Below are positions 1 through 5,248 of a stretch of DNA of 6,730 nt, piece by piece. A program made the position numbers and the translations under genes. Origin of the DNA: Octopus sinensis. Taxonomy: Eukaryota. The stretch's first letter is position 1, and each line of letters starts with the position of its first letter. Under the pieces are notes generated by a model. The model was not told where the DNA came from and did not search any database. It worked only from the letters and a program-made list of their open reading frames with translations. Where the stretch lies: positions 1-6,730 of the forward strand of contig NW_021829242.1 of the NCBI RefSeq assembly GCF_006345805.1, in the 5' to 3' direction.

Positions 1-470
1 TTGTACACAACCATTTTAGTGTCTGTTCTGAAACGGAAACATGTAACAAGCAAAGGATACCACGTGTCATCTTTAGAGGATTCCTGAATCTAAAAATAAT
101 CTCCCTTTCTCATGTGCAGCTGGCGTTCATGCCATCTGGCAATTAAGGAACGTCGTCTGCAGGCAAAGAAACCTTTGTTAAATCAAGGAATTAATTAATC
201 ATGTATGTTTTATGTACTAATTACGTAGTTGTATGGAAAATTGAGTTTGTAAATTATAAATTAAGCATTGAAACAGATATAGAGCTTACAACGAAATGAT
301 ACAACATGTGTGACATATTTTCTTTTTTTTATTCTAAATATAAAGTGGAGCATGCGCTGTTAGAAGGATACAAAAAAATTCAATTAGCAGTCATTAATGA
401 AACTACGAAACTATAGTATGTAAAACGTACAATACTACAGGCATGGGTATAAAAGCTTATATATATATAA

Positions 471-876
471 GCGCAGGAGTGGCTGTGTGGTAAGTAGCTT
501 GCTAACCAACCACATGGTTCCGGGTTCAGTCCCACTGCGTGGCATCTTGGGCAAGTGTCTTCTGCTATAGCCCCGGGCCAACCAATGCCTTGTGAGTGGA
601 TTTGGTAGACGGAAACTGAAAGAAGCCTGTCGTATATATGTATATATATGTATATGTATGTGTGTGTATGTGTTTGTGTGTTTGTGTTTGTCTCCCTAGC
701 ATTGCTTGACAACCGATGCTGGTGTGTTTACGTCTCCGTCACCTAGTGGTTCGGCAAAAGAGACCGATAGAATAAGTACTGGGCTTACAAAGAATAAGTC
801 CTGGGGTCGATTTTCTCGACTAAAGGCGGTGCTCCAGCATGGCCGCAGTCAAATGACTGAAACCAGTAAAAGAGAG
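471..876 (+). mobile_element. tRNA-derived SINE, near full length (copy 1; octopus-type, CORE-like segment, internal (TA)/(TG) tract, purine-rich tail)
   Basis: Head GCGCAGGAGTGGCTGTGTGGTAAG with A/B-box-like motifs. CTTGGGCAAGTGTCTT resembles the CORE-SINE core. 3' end AAATGACTGAAACCAGTAAAAGAGAG. Near-identical copies at 4837-5202 (+) and 3141-3397 (-). Possible low-complexity TSD TATATAA at 464-470 and 877-883. Confidence 0.9.
480..533 (+). promoter_or_regulatory. Internal RNA polymerase III promoter of the SINE (A box and B box)
   Basis: TGGCTGTGTGG at 480-490 (A box consensus TRGCNNARYGG) and GGTTCAGTCCC at 523-533 (B box consensus GGTTCGANNCC), at tRNA-like spacing. Confidence 0.7.
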
Positions 877-974
877 TATATAAAGAAATAATTTTATTCT
901 CCAACGCAGGATAATGCTAATAATATAGCATGAACAGGATAAACTATCCGTACTTTGGAGAAAAATCTGTCGCC

Positions 975-1000
975 GGCCAGCCATGACACTCGAACTCACA
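975..1000 (-). pseudogene. 3' half (T arm and acceptor strand) of a tRNA-like sequence, inverted relative to its 5' half
   Basis: Minus strand reads T-GTGAG-TTCGAGT-GTCAT-GGCTGGC-C: a T arm with TTCGA loop, then a strand complementary to GCCAGTT at 1024-1030. Confidence 0.6.
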
Positions 1001-1023
1001 CTCTGCTGAAGAATTTGTCGCTG

Positions 1024-1070
1024 GCCAGTTTAGCTTAATGGTTAAGCATTTGACGTGTAATCACAGGGAT
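1024..1070 (+). pseudogene. 5' half of a tRNA-Thr(TGT)-like sequence
   Basis: GCCAGTT-TA-GCTT-AATGGTT-AAGC-A-TTTGA-CGTGTAA-TCACA-GGGAT: acceptor strand, 4-bp D stem, anticodon stem with one mismatch, TGT at 1056-1058 (position 33 is G rather than T), 5-nt variable loop. Confidence 0.65.
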
Positions 1071-1128
1071 GTATATATATATTTATATATATGTATATAT
1101 ATATGAATATACATATATATATATGTAT
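1071..1128. repeat. (TA)n microsatellite, imperfect
   Basis: Directly visible AT dinucleotide run with a few G/C interruptions. Confidence 0.95.
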
Positions 1129-1215
1129 AAGGGCGAAAAGGAACACACGAGTTGATATATATGAAAAAAACAAGTCAAAATAGAAAATGCTAAAATAATT
1201 TTATAAAGAACAATT

Positions 1216-1253
1216 CAGTACCGGTTTCGGTCATTTTGAGACCTTTTCAACTG
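1216..1253 (-). ncRNA. Type I hammerhead ribozyme motif (U3-A8 variant), left arm
   Basis: Minus strand CAG-UUGAAAA-GGUC-ucaaaau-GACC-GAA-A-CCGG-U-A-CUG: helix I CAG/CUG, 4-bp helix II, palindromic helix III ACCGGU. Predicted cleavage between 1219 and 1218. Confidence 0.65.
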
Positions 1254-1436
1254 TAACGATTAAATAATTAAATTTAGAAAATTTAGAAAAATTAAAAGAA
1301 AAATTAAAACGAACACACAAATGCAAACAAGGGAGACAGAGAAAGGCAGAATGCCACTTATATTTGAACACTATACAAATATTCCTTTAAAAAAACTTTT
1401 CTTTTAATTTTTCTAAATTTAATTATTTAATCGTTA

Positions 1437-1474
1437 CAGTTGAAAAGGTCTCAAAATGACCGAAACCGGTACTG
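1437..1474 (+). ncRNA. Type I hammerhead ribozyme motif (U3-A8 variant), right arm
   Basis: CAG(1437-39)-TTGAAAA(1440-46)-GGTC-tcaaaat-GACC(1458-61)-GAAA(1462-65)-CCGG-T-A(1471)-CTG. Helix I extends to CGTTACAG/CTGAAATG with one mismatch. Predicted cleavage after 1471. Confidence 0.65.
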
Positions 1475-1526
1475 AAATGTTCTTTATAAAATTATTTTAG
1501 CATTTTCTATTTTGACTTCTTTTTTC

Positions 1527-1582
<56 letters not shown>

Positions 1583-1730
1583 TATATACATATATATGTG
1601 TGTATATGTATATATATATATATATATAAATTTATGTATATTTACACACATATATATATTATATATATATTTATTTATTTATATATAAATAAATATATAT
1701 ATATACATATATATATTTATATATATGTAT
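1527..1730. repeat. (TA)n microsatellite, long and degenerate
   Basis: Directly visible; source of the spurious YI-repeat ORF 1598-1795. Confidence 0.95.
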
Positions 1731-1737
1731 CAAATGA

Positions 1738-2004
1738 AATAAATGAAAAACAGTACGCAAAGGATGTTGCGCTAAATATGTTTCGGGCTTTATAGAACAA
1801 CTTATTCTTACATCAATGCATAATCGATATAACAGATAGATCAAAATCCTTCTTCAGCCGCGTACAATTGCTACACCAAAGACTTGTATCACATTATAAA
1901 AGGTTTGAGAAAAAAAACCGATGCATTGATGTAAGAATAAGTTGTTCTATAAAGCCCGAAACATATGTACCGCAACATCCTTTGCGTCCTGTTTTTCATT
2001 TATT
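1738..2004. mobile_element. Second inverted-repeat element between (TA)n arrays; 84-bp arms 1738-1821 and 1921-2004, 99-bp spacer
   Basis: Arms are reverse complements with 3 mismatches in 84 bp. No sequence similarity to the 1163-1526 element. Confidence 0.8.
1770..1861 (-). ncRNA. Degenerate type I hammerhead motif with long helix II insertion
   Basis: Minus strand GCGG-CUGAAGA-A-GGAUUUU...(about 50 nt)...AAAGCCC-GAA-A-CAUAUU-U-A-GCGC. The other arm preserves the intact 3' half GAA-A-CAUAUG-U-A-CCGC, which restores palindromic helix III and a 4-bp helix I. Confidence 0.4.
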
Positions 2005-2035
2005 GGTACTTACATTTATCAAGCATTAACCCTGA

Positions 2036-2036
<1 letters not shown>

Positions 2037-2112
<76 letters not shown>

Positions 2113-2135
2113 TTTATATTTATATTTATGTATTT
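2037..2135. repeat. (TA)n microsatellite
   Basis: Directly visible. Confidence 0.95.
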
Positions 2136-2434
2136 TATAATAAATCCAAAAGTACATATAACATAAATTTACATCAAGACAAGGGATATATCTCTATATT
2201 ATTTAGACAGGAATAAGAGTTATATGAAGTAAAAATGTACGTAAAAAGGGTAAATAACTAAAGGTTGATACATCGATTAAAAATCATATTGAATTTAAGG
2301 TTAAAAACCGTTGAAATAAGGATTAAAAATCGTTAGATACATCAGTAATTGTGAGAAATCCGAATTATGGATTTAAAAGTTTAGAAGAGTTCCGTAGAAA
2401 TGTTTATAGAGAGTTATAACGTCAATATAAAGCC

Positions 2435-2518
2435 ATTCGACGGCCGTTTCTGGAGTGCATTACTTAACAGGTATGAATCCTTTAGTTTCACTCTGACAAT
2501 GTCCCCTTCATCAGGAAT
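2435..2518 (-). ncRNA. Type I hammerhead ribozyme motif in the PLE 3' region (pLTR)
   Basis: Minus strand AUUC-CUGAUGA-A-GGGGACAUU...AAUGCACUCCA-GAA-A-CGGCCG-U-C-GAAU: canonical core, GUC cleavage triplet, palindromic helix III ACGGCCGU, helix I AUUC/GAAU. The helix II base is imperfect (A at 11.1). Predicted cleavage between 2439 and 2438. Confidence 0.7.
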
Positions 2519-2786
2519 TAGTAGCTAGATAATTAATTGAGTTTGAAGACATGTAAGAGAAAAGAGAAGAGAGGAAGGAAATGTTTGGTTAAATTAAGCT
2601 AGTCATCGACTACTCCATCAGATGCTGACCCCTTTTAAGATGAGTCATGCTTATATACGAAAGGAGATTTTTAGTGTAGGATGATGGGAGAATTAAAACA
2701 AAACAAATAGATCGATTTTTCAATAAATTCCGGGAATAAGTATTTACTAATAGAGGAAGAATCAGGGATGCTAAATACTTCATCTC

Positions 2787-3133
2787 TTATATCCCGTCAT
2801 ATGCTATATAAAGGTTAAAGAATTCTAGGAGGAATATTCTTAAGGATTTCTTGATGAAAGATGAATGAAAGTTATGAGTACTTGAATGAATGGTATCAGA
2901 GAATTTATTTAAAGTGCTCGAATGGCATGATTTAAGAATAATGTATGATTATCTAATGCATAAATTCCATTTGTTACTTATAGCATTTTAGGGAGGGTGT
3001 TTGCTAGTTCAGATGAAGAAATTTTATAATTAATGTTGTTATTCCTTAAATTATGTATATATAAAAGAACGCAATTAAATTAATTTACTAACATTAAATA
3101 TAAAAATTCTCTTACTCTATATTGCGTTCTTGT
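2787..3133 (-). pseudogene. PLE GIY-YIG endonuclease, C-terminal remnant (frameshifted)
   Basis: YKN just after the SINE, YIHNLRNNNINYKIS (3061-3017) resembling the PLE pattern YIWxLKxxNIxYxI, and TLNKFSDTIHSSTHNF (2915-2868) resembling LLNKRSELxSxCRH. Several stops and frameshifts; match judged by eye. Confidence 0.5.
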
Positions 3134-3140
3134 ATTTTTT

Positions 3141-3182
3141 CTTTTCTTTCACTTGTTTCAGTGATGTTGGGGGACAGACACA

Positions 3183-3238
<56 letters not shown>

Positions 3239-3397
3239 CGACGGGCTTCTATCAGTTTCCGTCTGCCAAATCCACTCACAAGGCTTTGGTCGGCTCGAGG
3301 CTATAGTAGAAGACACTTGACCAAGGTGTCATGTAGTGGGACAGAACCCGGAACCATGTGGTTGGTAAGCAAGCTACTTACCACACAGTCACTTCTA
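3141..3397 (-). mobile_element. tRNA-derived SINE (copy 2), internally deleted, with expanded (CA)n at 3184-3226
   Basis: Reverse complement aligns to copy 1 from the head to CCAACATC, then jumps to ACTGAAACAAGTGAAAGAAAAG; about 150 bp are missing at junction 3163/3162. Imperfect A-rich TSD AAAAGATA / AAAAAATA. Confidence 0.9.
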
Positions 3398-3967
3398 TCT
3401 TTTTTTTTTTTAATTCAACAGTACTACTTATATATGTTCTAACCTAATACTTATCTGGAACTACTGTACATTTATATACTACATTTTTAAGAAGGCAGAA
3501 TCGTTCAAGCGGACATAAATCGATTTTTCTACAACTACATGTTTTCCCTAATTTATTGTTGCTGTCATCTATATTTGGGGTGGGGGGCATTATTCAAGGC
3601 TACCGACGAATTGGAGTTATTTTTATTCGACGTAGAATTATATGAATTAGATGTTCCGGATATACTTATTTTATATATACTAGGTCTCCTATCAGTGTTA
3701 AAGGTTTTGAAAGTTTGGTATTTGATTTCGGTTTTATTTATAGATGTTATAATGGATCCTAAATATGGCAATGTGGAATAAGAAAATTTTAAAGAAGAAT
3801 TATTGCATATTGGATAGTATTTACGATGTTTTGGAAAATTATACCTTAGGATTTTAAAAAATAGTTTAGGTTGCTTTTTAACAGCAAGGGAGAATGGTTG
3901 GGTCAAACCAAATTACTTCGCGCTTCCTAGATTTAGATAGGTTTGATATATCATGTTGTTCTTGAAT
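3396..3967 (-). pseudogene. PLE polyprotein remnant: post-RT region, Cys-rich linker and N-terminal GIY-YIG motifs
   Basis: RKREVIWFD (3928-3902), 1-nt frameshift, PFSLAVKKQPKLFFKILRYNFPKHRKYYPICNNSSLKFSYSTLPYLGSIITSINK (ORF 3565-3906), frameshift, CSCRKIDLCPLERFCLLKNVVYKCTV...*VRTYISST (3539-3420). This matches the PLE pattern RxRxIIWFNPPFS...FLxLIDKHFP...IFNxNxxKxSYS...CxCxxxxxCPLxxxC...VVY...YIG. Confidence 0.82.
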
Positions 3968-3968
3968 A

Positions 3969-3995
3969 GGCGTAGGAGTGGCTGTGTGGTAAGTA
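3969..3995 (+). mobile_element. 27-bp head fragment of the tRNA-derived SINE
   Basis: GGCGTAGGAGTGGCTGTGTGGTAAGTA is nearly identical to 471-496, and similarity stops abruptly after it. Confidence 0.8.
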
Positions 3996-4113
3996 CCTGC
4001 ACATGTGCAACCGGTGCCACATTTCAGATCTCAAAATGAAGTGCTTTGCTCAAGAACACACGCAACACGATCTCGCAATTGCGAGTGCAACACCCTAACC
4101 ACCAAGCCATGCG

Positions 4114-4115
<2 letters not shown>
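3996..4115 (-). mobile_element. Internally deleted copy of a second tRNA-derived SINE family
   Basis: Minus strand GGCGCATGGCTTGGTGGTTAGGGTGTTGCAC (A box TGGCTTGGTGG, 4109-4099), no B box, then GTGTTCTTGAGCAAAGCACTT (CORE-like). The 3' boundary is uncertain. Confidence 0.6.

Positions 4116-4205
<90 letters not shown>
4116..4205. repeat. (TA)n microsatellite, nearly perfect
   Basis: About 42 units with one G at 4173. Confidence 0.97.
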
Positions 4206-4206
<1 letters not shown>

Positions 4207-4435
4207 CTGTACAACTGCATAGATATATATACATTCGAGCTTTTTACAGGAATCTAATGCGCTTAGCTTAGTTTTTCCTTGGGGCTGGCCAGATTGGAGT
4301 AATCTCAAGATTAATCACAACGAAATTGCGAGGATGATCCGGTTCTTGAATGAGATTAAAGGCTTCGAATGACCCGTCCGTGTTTTTTGCATCGTCTTCT
4401 AAATGTTTTGCGCTCTTGTCCCAGTTTGTATTGTA

Positions 4436-4496
4436 TATTATATAAGTTTTGTATTTTATATATATTTTTTATACATATATATATAAATACAAACTT

Positions 4497-4529
<33 letters not shown>

Positions 4530-4547
4530 TATATATATAATATATAT
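4436..4547. repeat. Degenerate (TA)n / AT-rich tract
   Basis: Directly visible. Confidence 0.9.
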
Positions 4548-4763
4548 CGCCATGTTGATTCGCTAGCTTCTGCACGCACTTTTTTTTTCTCTCCTTGTTT
4601 CTCTCCGTGTTTCTTTTTTGTGTATCTTTCTGTTGAAGAGCGTAGGCTCGAAACGTAAAAGACGACTTGTTTTATTTATATTCCTGAGCGCCATACTAAT
4701 ACAATTGTTTGTTTGTATTACACACTGCCTTCGTCTTTTGTTTATTTTCATAAAGCTTCCCGT

Positions 4764-4764
<1 letters not shown>
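4548..4764 (+). mobile_element. Short TA-flanked element carrying a minimal hammerhead-like motif (putative solo pLTR / retrozyme-like)
   Basis: 217-bp non-microsatellite island bounded by (TA)n on both sides, with a pyrimidine-rich 5' part and the motif at 4625-4662. Repeat status is inferred. Confidence 0.5.
4625..4662 (+). ncRNA. Minimal type I hammerhead-like motif (A6U variant)
   Basis: TCTTT-CTGTTGA-A-GAGC-gtag-GCTC-GAA-A-CG-T-A-AAAGA: 5-bp helix I, 4-bp helix II with tetraloop, palindromic ACGU helix III. The core differs from CUGANGA at position 6. Confidence 0.55.
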
Positions 4765-4800
<36 letters not shown>

Positions 4801-4803
<3 letters not shown>

Positions 4804-4836
4804 ACGTAAATGCATGCATACATACATTTAAATATA
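4801..4836 (+). repeat. Left copy of 36-bp direct repeat flanking SINE copy 3 (putative TSD)
   Basis: ATAACGTAAATGCATGCATACATACATTTAAATATA; 34/36 identical to 5213-5248. Confidence 0.85.
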
Positions 4837-5202
4837 GAGTGGCTGTGTGGTAAGTAGCTTGCTAACCAACCACATGGTTCCGGGTTCAGTCCCACTGCGT
4901 GGCATCTTGGGCAAGTGTCTTCTGCTATAGCCCCAGGCCGACCAATGTCTTGTGAGTGGATTTGGTAGACAGAAACTGAAAGAAGCCTGTCGTATATATG
5001 TATATATGTGTGTGTGTTTGTGTGTCTGTGTTTGTCCCCCTAGCATTGCTTGACAACCGATGCTGGTGTGTTTACGTCCCCATCACTTAGCGGTTCGGCA
5101 AAAGAGACCTATAGAATAAGTACTGGGCTCGACTAAAGGCGGTGCTCCAGCATGGCCGCAGTCAAATGACTGAAACAAGTAAAAGATAAAAGATAAAAAG
5201 AT
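4837..5202 (+). mobile_element. tRNA-derived SINE (copy 3) with (AAAAGAT)3-like tail and 31-bp internal deletion
   Basis: Colinear with copy 1 from GAGTGGCTGTGTGG. Lacks the equivalent of 786-816 at junction 5129/5130. Tail AAAAGAT-AAAAGAT-AAAAAGAT at 5181-5202. Confidence 0.92.
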
Positions 5203-5212
5203 ATATATATAT

Positions 5213-5248
5213 ATAACGTAAATGCATACATACATACATTTAAATCTA
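5213..5248 (+). repeat. Right copy of 36-bp direct repeat flanking SINE copy 3 (putative TSD)
   Basis: ATAACGTAAATGCATACATACATACATTTAAATCTA. Confidence 0.85.

Larger units (their letters stand above)
1163..1526. mobile_element. Inverted-repeat (foldback) non-autonomous element in (TA)n; arms 1163-1302 and 1397-1526, 94-bp spacer
   Basis: The right arm is the reverse complement of the left except for two substitutions, a 1-nt indel in the terminal A run and a 9-nt tandem duplication (AATTTAGAA) in the left arm. Both ends abut TA repeats. Confidence 0.85.
2136..3967 (-). mobile_element. 5'-truncated, decayed Penelope-like retroelement (Neptune-type), interrupted by a SINE
   Basis: Minus-strand remnants of the post-RT region, Cys linker and GIY-YIG endonuclease (about 3967-2787), followed by a non-coding 3' region with a hammerhead motif (2518-2435) and ending at (TA)n. 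The 3' boundary is inferred from the microsatellite. Confidence 0.72.

Noticed and set aside
120-202. Possible exon (polypyrimidine-CAG at 117-119, GTATGT donor at 203)
   Set aside because: All three frames contain stops and there is no homology evidence; such splice-like motifs are common by chance.
706-891. 61-aa ORF MTTDAGVF...
   Set aside because: Lies entirely in the 3' half of SINE copy 1; the equivalent region is deleted or frameshifted in the other copies.
1129-1153. 25-bp GC-richer island AAGGGCGAAAAGGAACACACGAGTTG between TA runs
   Set aside because: Too short to assign; probably a remnant of another element.
1163-2004. CRISPR, integron or other prokaryotic interpretation of the palindromes
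   Set aside because: No regularly spaced direct repeats, no cas or integrase genes, and the context (Pol III SINEs, microsatellites, PLE) is clearly eukaryotic.
2267-2343. Permuted short repeats GATACATC and GATTAAAAATC (A-B...B-A)
   Set aside because: Only 8-11 bp in very AT-rich DNA inside the PLE 3' region; insufficient to call a structure.
3539-3781. 80-aa hydrophobic + strand ORF
   Set aside because: Antisense shadow of the N/S/K-rich PLE linker on the minus strand.
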